Source: Monocercomonoides exilis PA203 (taxonomy: Eukaryota; Protista; Preaxostyla). Taken from it: a stretch of 64,000 nucleotides of DNA. Position 1 is the first letter of the stretch, and each line of letters opens with the position of its first letter. A program made the translations under genes and the position numbers. Of this stretch, positions 43,345-53,927 are shown in pieces. The DNA is taken from the NCBI GenBank assembly GCA_001643675.2, contig LSRY02000039.1, positions 248,001-312,000 on the forward strand. Direction: 5' to 3'. The notes below the pieces were generated by a model. The model saw nothing but the letters and a program-made list of their open reading frames with translations, ran no database searches and was not told the DNA's origin.

Positions 43345-46300
43345 TTATGTTTCTGTGTCTTCCTCAATGAATCCCCTTCTGTCTGGTTTGCTTTCATTCC
43401 CATTCTGCTTGCAGCAAACATAAACAGCATCTGACATTGTGAACATAACTGCTCCTCCACCAAATGGTTCCATAAGTTCCCTCTTTATCCCGACAATCGT
43501 CGGCCTCAAACTCTCATCCTGCTCTAAACACTTCTTTACAACACCAGATAAACTTGATTCACTTATCCATGATAAACTCGGTCTTTCTCCATTTGCAATC
43601 TTCTGTCCCGCTGTTTCAGCATCATATTCATCAAGCGGGATACAAAGTGTCAGGCACTCCCATAACATCATCCCAATCGAGAATGCAACGGACTGCTTTG
43701 TTGCTTCCATTTTTTTGCTAATCTGAAGCTCAGGTGCCTTCCATCTCAAACATTCTTTTTTGAATTCATTCTCATCCTCAAACGCTGATAAAGGAGGAGA
43801 TGCACGTTTTTCATAATCATCCATATGCGAACAATCAGAAGAGGAGGTGACAATAGTGGAGGTTGATAAACTGGATGAAGAATCTGAATCAACAGATGAA
43901 GAAGTGTAGTCAGAGTGAAGTGCAATGCAGATCACCATTCCTTCCCCAAAAAGCACAACGTGAGGATATAGATTGCTTAACGATTGAAGCTGGTCTTCCA
44001 TTTCATCAAGTGAATGGAGTGCGCCATTTGCTACCCAGAATAGAATCTGGGCACCTGTTAGCTCTCTTTCCTGAAGATTCCCTATTGCCATCTCTTTCTT
44101 CTCATTCCTTCCATGAAGCAACATGAACAGCGAATTCCTCAAATCCACAATCAATTTTTCATGAGGAGACGAACATGCCATTGCATCCACCAGATTCGAC
44201 ATCGACGAGGTTGTCGGACACAGATCTTCTCCCCGAACAAATGTCGAATCTGAATCGGTTGTTGAAGTGGATGAAATGGATGGTGAAGGAGTTCGCTTTC
44301 TTGCTTCCTCATCTTCCTTCTCATCAGCATTCTCCAGCATCCATTGAGGAATCTTGTCTGAATCTCTCCCCAGGATGTATTCAGTGGAACCATTCTCAGA
44401 CAGAAGATGCTCTGATGACTCCGAGTGTCCCAAGCTATTCTCATACACCCTCTTCTTGATTCTCTCTTCATTCTTCTTCTCAGCCTCCCTCTCAGCCCTC
44501 CTCCACTGCGCCTCAGGTGATGGTTCTATCATCATCATCTCAAACACCTTTGGATCCTTTCTCACTGTGTCATTCACAATAACTTCCAGTTCTTCTGTCC
44601 TTCTCTTTTGCTTTCTCCATCGAACTACCAATGCAACAATTATTACCAGTAAAACAATTACTACTGAACATGCAATCGCAATAATAACCCAAAAAGAGTT
44701 TGATCCTTTTCCTCCTTCAACTAATTTGTCATCTCCATTTGATTTGTGCTCACTTTTATTTTTGAGAATGAATGGGTCAGTTGATGAAGGCAAATCAGAA
44801 TTTCCAAACAGAATGCAAACTGACACTTCGCTCATGTCTCGTATTTTTTCCATATTTATAGATGAAATAAATGTTCTTATTTCATTCTCTGATACACGCC
44901 CTTTTTCATCAATCATGTGCTTTTCAATTTCTTCTTCATCTCCGTTCTTCACACTCATCTTCACTGATAGATTGCATGGCAGAAGCAACTTCCCGTGAAT
45001 GATTAACTCCGTATCTCCGTTTTGCTGGGTCGTGTTTTTCACTTCTTCCAGAACTGGAATGAAAAATGATGATCCTCTTTCTGAAGCTATCCCTCCCAAT
45101 TGGCATCCTTCGTCCAATATCCACAACGATGTGTTTGGCAACATTCCATCACCTCCTTTCACACTCACAACATCCAATTCACCATTCCCTTCACAAATCG
45201 CATTCCTTCGCACTGATGGATATCCTTCAATCGATGGATTGTTGTTCTCAAACTTGCTGTTTTCAATCTTCACGCTTCCTCCACTCACCCACAACCCACC
45301 TGCCTTGCTCTTCTTAATTGTTGTTTCTTTCATCTCCACATTGCTGTTTTCAAAGTCAATCAACGAGCCGCTCCATTTGCATAATTCTTCCTTTCTTTCA
45401 AATCCTTCATTCATTGTCTCCTCTTCTTTTTCTCCATCAAACATACATGCCTCGACCTTCACATCTTTGCACTTTCTTATCTGCATCATGCTTCCCTTGT
45501 CCACCGAATTCACACATTTTCCAAACGAGCAGTTCAGCGCACTTGTCTGCCTGTCAGCATCTTCCATAACAATCACACTCCCTTCGCCCACTACTGTAAT
45601 ATTTTCCCCCATCAGATCTTTCATCTCAACATTTGATTTTCCTCCAATTTCAATTACCTTTCCTTCACACACAATTTCCAACATCCTAACTCCAATCATC
45701 ACCACTTTCGATTCTTCACAAAATGAAATTAACTTCGTCGTTAAATGAATATCCTTGAATGTTGTGTCACTTATTTTCAGCTCTCCACTCTCTACGCTCA
45801 CAACTGTGCACTTAATCATCATTTCCTGCAACAATGCACTGAACAAACATTCCGAAATAGCCAGTACTCCGTTCTTCTCTTTCATAATCCATTCTTGTTC
45901 TCCTTCAAGCATCTTCCCAAACGCAAACCAGCACCTCTCAACGGAGCACTCATTCATAAACATCATCACGCTCAATTCCATTCCCGTTTCTATCCTTCTC
46001 TCAAATCGAACAATCCCAGACAATCTCTCTAACGATTTTACGTTTAAATCTCCGATTAAGCATTCATCTTCAACAACTCCTTCTTCATCAATCCACAACA
46101 CATTTATCAGATTTTTTTCAATATGTTGTATTGCGCAATTAATGCTCTTGCACGAACTATTCTGTGCTCCACATTGTCTCCCATCGCTTCCACTTGAAGA
46201 GACAAACACCTGTGCTGAACGATAGAATGTAATCAGAGGAATCAAATCAACGTTAATCCTTTCAATCTCATCCCTTCCACAGATTGAGTTCTTTGACTTC

Positions 46301-49300
46301 AATGCATCTTGACCAAAGTCCAGCACAAATAGCTTTTCATTAATTTGATCTTCTATGGAATAGCAGGTGATAAACGCATCCTTCCCCTCATAGGCATCAT
46401 TCATCAAGAATCGTACTCTTTCCATCTTCAACCCAAGAGCTGGTATTTTCGTTTCGATATTTTCCACATTTGGATCAACTCCATCAATCATCAACCCTCC
46501 TCCTCTCCCGCTAGCCACAGAGCACACACACATCCCAAAAGAACATTCATCAACCTTTAACTCTGATTCTCCACTCTTCAGACACACTTTCATCCCTCCG
46601 CCTTCCTCGCTCCTCTCACTCATGCACTTCGTCATCACGCATCCTTCCACTGTAAACTTCATGTCAGCCAAGAACAAATCCACATCCACAACACCTGCTC
46701 TGTTATCTTCGCATCCAATATTTGTGAATGATGAACTATTTAGTCTTATTGTTTGTTTTGCATTCCTCATTTCTTTCTTCATCTCCTTGCTTCCCTGCAA
46801 TTCCTCACTCAACGAAATCAGACTTCTCCCAGACACAGTTGTGTTTGAGATCGACACATTGGTCATTGTTATCTCTTCAACATCTACCGTGAATACAAAA
46901 AATCCTTTTAACAAAACACATTCTCTTATCCTGAACACATCAATCATCACGCCTCCCTTGTTAACTTCAATAATACAATATTTCACCTCTTTTGTTAAAT
47001 CCTCACAAACCATTGAACAATCCGCAATAGACAACCATCCACTCGATTCAGATGATTCCACAAGCGATGAATGAACTCCCAATTCTTTGGGAAGAAAGAA
47101 TGAAACATTAATAATTGATAATCTCACATAAGATTCGATAAACGCCCCTTCAATTCTACCTCCATCACCTTCGTCTGGACCTCCATTTTGACTTTCACTC
47201 ACTTTCAAAATTGTATCTTTCTCTTCTCCTTCAATTGATACTGTTATTTCGCTTGGCAAGACTGATGCAAACGTGATCGAATGTTTGAGCAAGCCAGATC
47301 CAGTTATCTTTATGTGAGTTTCCCCTTCTCCTAGTAGTTCGTATCGAAGAGCCTTCAGATGGTCAATTGATGAGCATGGTGCTTCGGAATATCCACATCC
47401 ACTGAAGTCTCCTCCTTTCTCTCGAGAAACAAACCCATCCCCACTCCAGTTCCTCCACAAATACACAACCAGTGGAATCACATATCCATTTTCTCCTGTT
47501 GTCTTCCTCTCCCATCCACACAGCTCATCCAACGACCCCAACTCCTCTGAACTCATCTCCCATTTCAAGTGCTCCTCGCTCACAATCTCTCTCAGATCCC
47601 ATCCTGACGCAAACACATTCTTCCCTTTCCATGCGTTGCATCCCTCAAATGCCATCCCTTCCATCACAAATGATCCCATTTGATTGGGAAGTTCAGCAAA
47701 TATCCCTCCTCCCATTCCCTTTCCTCCATCCTCTCTATCCTCTGATGGAACTTCACATTCAGACAAATTCACATTTTTCATTTCAAAACTTCCTCCACTT
47801 CCAATTGATATCATTATTCCTCCTCCTTTCATTCCATTTCCACCTGAGCATGTAGAGGACAAATTGCTTTCTTCAATTTTCACATTCCCATTAACGCCCA
47901 TCCCAACATTCAAACATCCCCCTCCTCCACTTCCACCTGCCACATTCACCTCCACTCCACTCACTCTGCTGTTCATAATCTCCAATCTCACTCCATTTGT
48001 GATCGCTATTGGAGACTTCCCATTCATTCTCACTGGCCCTTCCATCACAAATCCATCAACAACCAGATTCCCTCCTGCCATGTCAATGATGCTATATCCT
48101 ATCTTTCCATCAGTCAATGCCCCACTCTCAAATGAGACTGAACAGTTCGTCATACTGAGTGTTGATGTTGAATGGATGAATGCACTTCTCCTTGAATTCA
48201 ATGGACCTTTCACAACAAATGAAAGTCTGCTCATTGTCAGTGAACCCGTACATCCAACAAGCCAGTCTTGTGTGTCTGATCCTCCATCGCTCACATTCAC
48301 CCTCATCATCTCCCCTTCGTCTGATGATGATATTCTGCCTGAAATTATCGCGTCAAACAAAGAAAATTCAATTTCATCATTGATAGAAGAAGATGAGACA
48401 ATCTCTATTTCTTTTGAACTTTCACTCATTCTTGAATTCGCACAATAATCAACTGTCAAACAGCCAAACCCTTCAAATCCACAATGTTTGTGATCCATCC
48501 CATTTCCTCCACTCCCATCAACAATCACTTTTGTCCCCATTGTGCACAAATACACGAACAGTGGAATCACTTCACTTTCATCCCCATTCTCACTCCCACT
48601 CAGTTTCAACACATCTAATGGAATAACACTTACATCAAAAAATGCAAACGAGCTGGTATTTACTTTTGACTCCAAAAACGCACCACTCCCACAATCAACA
48701 AACACATCCTTCCCATATTCTGCCATATTCTCTTTCACTTTCGAAAACTTCACATTCTGCCCAATTGTCAATCCACACCCTCCACTCTCCATCAACACAA
48801 ACATCCCTCCTCCTCTCCCTCCTCTCCCTCCAATATTCTCTGCCTTGCAACCATCAATCACACTCGTTCCATTCACAACCACTTTCCCATTTCCCTTCAA
48901 TTCAACATATATTCCTCCTCCCTTTCCACCAGCACAACTGCACCCATTCACATTGCATCCATCAACTGTCAACGTTCCAGTCCCTCCAACTGTTCCTTTC
49001 ATCCATCCTCCATCTCCATCATTCTTCACATCTCCACTAATATTGCATCCTGAACAAATCACATTTGTCATTCCTTCACAAAATTCAATCGCTGAATGTT
49101 CATTGAATGTCATCCCTTCTTCAATCAGAAATTTCTCCATTTTCAAACTTCCACTTTGCGCATTCACAATGCTATATCCAAAGTCCACACTCGATGTGCT
49201 CTCTGATGAATGAGTTACCGAACAATCTGTAATCGTGAGAAATGTGTCAGATAACTCGATCAAAGACGAAACGCTAGACAGCATTGATGGAATATAAAAA

Positions 49301-52300
49301 CTGATATTTTCCAGCTTGCATATACTCTGGACATAGATTACGCACATAGATGGAATGATGCTTGGAGCTTTCACATAAACTTTCGTTCCTTTCTCAATGC
49401 ATGATATCTTCCATTCCTCTCCATTAATAACAACCACTTCTGCCAGTTCAAATTCAGGATCCAATGAAATCTCCTTCTTTGTTGAGGCATATCGAGTAAA
49501 CGCAGCATATGTTATTGTTGCGCATGGATAATAATCAAACCCACAAAACCACGAATCATATCCGCCCAATCCGTTTTTTTTCTTCCCTGCATGTGCTGCT
49601 CCAGAAAATTCTGCCAAAAATATATTTAATGGGAACACTTCCATCCCTGCCTCATTCCGGTCATACCCCATCAGCTCATCATAAATAGAAACATTATATT
49701 CAAAATTCAGCTTTGTGATTGTTATTGTCCCACTCACCAACCTGCTCCCATTCACAAACACATCTTTCCCTCCCAATGAAGCACTGCAATCAACAAAACT
49801 CACTGATGATATCGTAAAATCAAATGAGTTATCTGCAAGCCACAGCATCACCCCTCCTCCATATCCGCTGCACTTTGTTTTGTTGAATTTTGTTGATCCT
49901 CCGCTGTACGATGCTGATGCCCCAATAATCATCTCACTCGATATTCCCTCCAACTCAACCTTTATCCCCCCTCCATTCCCATTTGCACACTCACATCCTT
50001 CCATTGTTGTATTCCATACCACAAATGTCTCTCCAGCCTTCACGCTCTTTGCCACAACCACCCCATCTCCTTCAGTCAACTTCACATTCATCACTTTCAC
50101 ATTCGCCAGCACGCTGTCTCCTGATGCTGTGGCTGTCAGATACAGTGCAGATGAAGACGATGATGACAATGACGATAATGAAGAAGAAGAAGAAGAAGAT
50201 TGATCCGGCTCAGAGAACAATGGTTCTGACACATTCATATTTATGATCTCCACACCAACCATCGACAGCTGCGACAGCGCCACCACAAACACTGACGAAG
50301 ACATCACATAGTTTCCTGAAGAAACACTCGTGGTGATCACAACATCTTCCAACGAAATTGATCCACCTCCATCAGATACAACGACAACATTCGGCGAAGT
50401 TTCTGCAATTGAGTTGCAATCAACCTTCATATGCAATAAGCTAAGATACCCTGTCGTCACACTCAACAGCGCACCAGCTTCCGATGAAGAAGAAGAAAGT
50501 GCTCCTGTTCCAATCGCACATTCATTCTTCCCCTTTCCTTCAATCCTTATATTCTTCTCCCTAACATTGATTGTTGTTGACTCGCTTTCATGATTCCCAC
50601 AAGTCACAATAATTGTAGAGGAAATGCCTAGCAAACAGTTTTCAACCACAAATCCGACTGTTTTGCATGGATTTGCCTCATTCGTTCCACACCACTTATT
50701 CCAGTTGCTTCCAGTTATGCCAACAAACCTTTCAATCATCCCATCTATCAGCCAGCTCCTTTTTTCGATGTGCTGATTGCCATTTCCATTGTATAATATC
50801 CTATTTTCGTTTATGTTTGTTGTGTAACTTTTATGAAATGGGTTATTTGAAGATAAATAGTGTTTGTAAATATCTCTGAAATACACGTCATGACCGTATG
50901 GAGGATCATCAATGCATCTGCAATCATGAAAAAAGATAAAATCAAAATAAATGAAATCAATTGGAGGAGTCTGTTGATTTGGATCAAATCTCAATCCCCC
51001 TCCATACGATTTTGCATTGCATGAAATGAATTGAATGCTACTCATCTTGAATTGATAAGGAACTTCGAAACAAAGCATGCCTCCACCAAATGAATTTACA
51101 ACTGAACATGAAGTGAATGAGCAATCAAGCACATATGCACTTCCCCCATTTCCATTTTCTTCTTCAAAGCATTCTGATACGGATGTGTTGAAAGACATAA
51201 TGAAAAGGCCACCTCCATTTAAATTTGCCTTGCATATCTGGAATTCACATCCACTGATCCGAACACATGTTGAAATCGTGAAAGCATACATTCCTCCTCC
51301 AGCATCTTTTTGCGAAGTGCATGAATTGAATGAAGCGTTTTCGATCACAAAAGATTTGACATTTTCGCACATAATTCCTCCTCCAGCAAAATGTGCAAAA
51401 CAATCATTGAATGAACAATATTTCACTGAAAGTGTTCCTAAAGGCAGACCACGCATGTAAATAGCCCCACCATTTGAATTCCCATCTGAATAGTCATCAA
51501 TTTCTCCAGTCGTATTTGATCCATCCCATTCACACCAAATGAATGAATTTGCTCCATTATCCGTTATGTTCTGCCTCCCTGGTTGTTTCTTATTATCTGC
51601 AGTTCCTTCACATTCAACATTTCTTGTCCGACAACACCCAACGAAAGAGGTGTTTGAAACAGATAAGGAAGTCAAGGGGTTGTTGAGGGAATGAACAATC
51701 CCTCCATCATATGCATCGCAAACTGATGAAAATAAGCAGCAGCTCATCGAAGTGATACTTTCACGGTCTTGTTTTTGCGCAAGTTTCTCTGGTTTTATTT
51801 TTGTAGAGATGTTATGAAAAGTCAAAGTGTTTAAAAAGACATTCTCAACATTCAAAGATGACAAAAAAGGAGCTGAAGAAATGCAAAATGACGAAAAACA
51901 CGAAGAATAGATGCAAATGACTCCAATTTCGTGCAAAGGTGTCTCTTGTTGGTGTGAGGTGATAAGCTGAGGTAGTTGGATTGAAAATTCATTTCGAGTT
52001 CTCAGTGTGATATTCACAAGTTTCGCACAACTCGCTTTTAAGTCAAATGGTGACACATCATTATTCACCAAAAAAGAACATCCATCAACTGCAACAACAC
52101 TCTCATCGCAATCACAAATGATGCCTCTATTGTCATGGGCCATCTTCAACCATCTCCAATGCATCGACGAATTTCTCATCCTCATCAATCCTTCGATCTC
52201 GCTTCCTCCTCCAAATGGCTCCCTTCTTTCCTTGTTCAATTCGTTAAAATTAGAAATCTTACAAATGTCTTCATTTTTGAAATTGATATTCTTCTCCTCA

Positions 52301-52584
52301 ATAAATAGTTCTTCAAATTTTCCGTATTTCTTTTTTTCAAAATCATTTCTTTTGAGATCATCACTTCTGCTTCCGTTAACAGGTTGCCAATAAATATTTC
52401 TTCCAAAATTTTGTCTGTATTTATCGCTCTGCATGGTGGATGCATGTGTAGATAAAGTATTTTCTTCTTCTTCTCCACAACTTTCACCCTCCTCCTCAAT
52501 TATTGTTACTGCAAATAAATGTTGGCATTGCATTTTATATAATATCGTCACAATCGTTAACCAGAAAAAATTCTTTTTTCGCAT
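43345..52584 (-). CDS. Giant Cys/Gly-rich single-pass surface protein with degenerate kinase domain (3079 aa), paralog of 23548-31747
   Basis: Uninterrupted ORF with an N-terminal hydrophobic segment, the same GGG and CG....PC modules, an identical TM segment, and RWKAPE / FSIGMMLWE motifs. Confidence 0.9.
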   Translation of the reverse strand: MRKKNFFWLTIVTILYKMQCQHLFAVTIIEEEGESCGEEEENTLSTHASTMQSDKYRQNFGRNIYWQPVNGSRSDDLKRNDFEKKKYGKFEELFIEEKNINFKNEDICKISNFNELNKERREPFGGGSEIEGLMRMRNSSMHWRWLKMAHDNRGIICDCDESVVAVDGCSFLVNNDVSPFDLKASCAKLVNITLRTRNEFSIQLPQLITSHQQETPLHEIGVICIYSSCFSSFCISSAPFLSSLNVENVFLNTLTFHNISTKIKPEKLAQKQDRESITSMSCCLFSSVCDAYDGGIVHSLNNPLTSLSVSNTSFVGCCRTRNVECEGTADNKKQPGRQNITDNGANSFIWCEWDGSNTTGEIDDYSDGNSNGGAIYMRGLPLGTLSVKYCSFNDCFAHFAGGGIMCENVKSFVIENASFNSCTSQKDAGGGMYAFTISTCVRISGCEFQICKANLNGGGLFIMSFNTSVSECFEEENGNGGSAYVLDCSFTSCSVVNSFGGGMLCFEVPYQFKMSSIQFISCNAKSYGGGLRFDPNQQTPPIDFIYFDFIFFHDCRCIDDPPYGHDVYFRDIYKHYLSSNNPFHKSYTTNINENRILYNGNGNQHIEKRSWLIDGMIERFVGITGSNWNKWCGTNEANPCKTVGFVVENCLLGISSTIIVTCGNHESESTTINVREKNIRIEGKGKNECAIGTGALSSSSSEAGALLSVTTGYLSLLHMKVDCNSIAETSPNVVVVSDGGGSISLEDVVITTSVSSGNYVMSSSVFVVALSQLSMVGVEIINMNVSEPLFSEPDQSSSSSSSLSSLSSSSSSALYLTATASGDSVLANVKVMNVKLTEGDGVVVAKSVKAGETFVVWNTTMEGCECANGNGGGIKVELEGISSEMIIGASASYSGGSTKFNKTKCSGYGGGVMLWLADNSFDFTISSVSFVDCSASLGGKDVFVNGSRLVSGTITITKLNFEYNVSIYDELMGYDRNEAGMEVFPLNIFLAEFSGAAHAGKKKNGLGGYDSWFCGFDYYPCATITYAAFTRYASTKKEISLDPEFELAEVVVINGEEWKISCIEKGTKVYVKAPSIIPSMCVIYVQSICKLENISFYIPSMLSSVSSLIELSDTFLTITDCSVTHSSESTSSVDFGYSIVNAQSGSLKMEKFLIEEGMTFNEHSAIEFCEGMTNVICSGCNISGDVKNDGDGGWMKGTVGGTGTLTVDGCNVNGCSCAGGKGGGIYVELKGNGKVVVNGTSVIDGCKAENIGGRGGRGGGMFVLMESGGCGLTIGQNVKFSKVKENMAEYGKDVFVDCGSGAFLESKVNTSSFAFFDVSVIPLDVLKLSGSENGDESEVIPLFVYLCTMGTKVIVDGSGGNGMDHKHCGFEGFGCLTVDYCANSRMSESSKEIEIVSSSSINDEIEFSLFDAIISGRISSSDEGEMMRVNVSDGGSDTQDWLVGCTGSLTMSRLSFVVKGPLNSRRSAFIHSTSTLSMTNCSVSFESGALTDGKIGYSIIDMAGGNLVVDGFVMEGPVRMNGKSPIAITNGVRLEIMNSRVSGVEVNVAGGSGGGGCLNVGMGVNGNVKIEESNLSSTCSGGNGMKGGGIMISIGSGGSFEMKNVNLSECEVPSEDREDGGKGMGGGIFAELPNQMGSFVMEGMAFEGCNAWKGKNVFASGWDLREIVSEEHLKWEMSSEELGSLDELCGWERKTTGENGYVIPLVVYLWRNWSGDGFVSREKGGDFSGCGYSEAPCSSIDHLKALRYELLGEGETHIKITGSGLLKHSITFASVLPSEITVSIEGEEKDTILKVSESQNGGPDEGDGGRIEGAFIESYVRLSIINVSFFLPKELGVHSSLVESSESSGWLSIADCSMVCEDLTKEVKYCIIEVNKGGVMIDVFRIRECVLLKGFFVFTVDVEEITMTNVSISNTTVSGRSLISLSEELQGSKEMKKEMRNAKQTIRLNSSSFTNIGCEDNRAGVVDVDLFLADMKFTVEGCVMTKCMSERSEEGGGMKVCLKSGESELKVDECSFGMCVCSVASGRGGGLMIDGVDPNVENIETKIPALGLKMERVRFLMNDAYEGKDAFITCYSIEDQINEKLFVLDFGQDALKSKNSICGRDEIERINVDLIPLITFYRSAQVFVSSSGSDGRQCGAQNSSCKSINCAIQHIEKNLINVLWIDEEGVVEDECLIGDLNVKSLERLSGIVRFERRIETGMELSVMMFMNECSVERCWFAFGKMLEGEQEWIMKEKNGVLAISECLFSALLQEMMIKCTVVSVESGELKISDTTFKDIHLTTKLISFCEESKVVMIGVRMLEIVCEGKVIEIGGKSNVEMKDLMGENITVVGEGSVIVMEDADRQTSALNCSFGKCVNSVDKGSMMQIRKCKDVKVEACMFDGEKEEETMNEGFERKEELCKWSGSLIDFENSNVEMKETTIKKSKAGGLWVSGGSVKIENSKFENNNPSIEGYPSVRRNAICEGNGELDVVSVKGGDGMLPNTSLWILDEGCQLGGIASERGSSFFIPVLEEVKNTTQQNGDTELIIHGKLLLPCNLSVKMSVKNGDEEEIEKHMIDEKGRVSENEIRTFISSINMEKIRDMSEVSVCILFGNSDLPSSTDPFILKNKSEHKSNGDDKLVEGGKGSNSFWVIIAIACSVVIVLLVIIVALVVRWRKQKRRTEELEVIVNDTVRKDPKVFEMMMIEPSPEAQWRRAEREAEKKNEERIKKRVYENSLGHSESSEHLLSENGSTEYILGRDSDKIPQWMLENADEKEDEEARKRTPSPSISSTSTTDSDSTFVRGEDLCPTTSSMSNLVDAMACSSPHEKLIVDLRNSLFMLLHGRNEKKEMAIGNLQERELTGAQILFWVANGALHSLDEMEDQLQSLSNLYPHVVLFGEGMVICIALHSDYTSSSVDSDSSSSLSTSTIVTSSSDCSHMDDYEKRASPPLSAFEDENEFKKECLRWKAPELQISKKMEATKQSVAFSIGMMLWECLTLCIPLDEYDAETAGQKIANGERPSLSWISESSLSGVVKKCLEQDESLRPTIVGIKRELMEPFGGGAVMFTMSDAVYVCCKQNGNESKPDRRGFIEEDTET

Positions 52585-53310
52585 TTTATTTGCTTTTTTC
52601 TAAATGAATTTCAAGAAATAAGATAAATAATGGGCAAATTTTAAAATTATTTTCACAAAATTTTTTTTCTTTCAAAATGACTTGAAAAACTGTTAGCTTG
52701 TTTAAATTCTGATTCGCTAAAAGTAATAATATCTCTCATTCAGAAGGTATTTTTTTTTTTTTTTTATTTATTTTTTTTTTTTTTTTTGATGTTTCAATGA
52801 GAGATCCAAAAAAAAGAACTTACAATATCTATCGATTTCGATCTTTCATGAAGCTGTGAGATATCCTTCTTTGCTCTTTTTTGATACTCAAAAAAGAGCA
52901 CTCGCACATTCAGATTTTCATGTGAATAGCGCGATGCTCACTCATTCCTTTCAATTATCCCTTCACGAAAACCTTTCAAATTAAAAAAAAAAAAGTCAAT
53001 TTACACAAGTCAGAGGATATACTATTATAACACACACCCAAACACACACACACACATAGTGAAAACTAAACAAACATACAAATAAATATAGAAATAAAAA
53101 TTAATGCATTAAACAGTTAATCATCCCTCCTTAGGATAGCAATCAGTTAAAAATGAATAAATGAAAATTACATAAGATTATTAAATGAATTGCTTATAAT
53201 AATAATGCTGCATTCCAACTTTCGTTTTCGTATCATCTGTATTGCTTTATTTTATTTTTTATTTATTTTATTTTTTATTTATTTTATTTTTGTTTTAATT
53301 TTAATTTTAT

Positions 53311-53787
53311 TCAATCAGCACCCTTCTTTTGATCATCAACAAACAACAGCATTTGCTTTGATAAAGTTATAATTAGAGGGTCAGGGTGATTGGTGAATGA
53401 ACGAATTGTCGCAGCAGGCAGCAGATCGCACACAGCTTTCCTTGTGAAAGGGCTTCCTTTGACACAAAGAACAACCAGCAGCGCAAGAGTTTCTAGCAGG
53501 ACAGCCTCATCTTTGTGGCTGATGAAAAAAAAGAAATACGAGCAGTGCAAAGAAAAAGAGCAGAGAAAAAGAAAAGAAACAAAGAAGAAGAAGAAGAAGA
53601 AGAAGAAGAAGAAGAAGAGAAGAATATGCAAAAATAGGATTTATTAAATAAATAAATAAATAAATAAATACATAAAATCGTAACACACTTCAAAAATTTC
53701 ACGACGCGTTCAAGGAAACTGTTGTCGAGGATTAAATCATGGTTGTCTGAAGAAGAAAGTTTATATTATGCAACAAGTATAATAAAG

Positions 53788-53848
<61 letters not shown>

Positions 53849-53894
53849 GAAAAGAAAAGAAAAGAAAAGAAAAGAAAAGAAAAGAAAAGAAAAG

Positions 53895-53927
<33 letters not shown>

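Noticed and set aside
43439-52393. Many plus-strand Pro/Ser-rich ORFs inside the giant genes
   Set aside because: Antisense shadows of the long coding frames.
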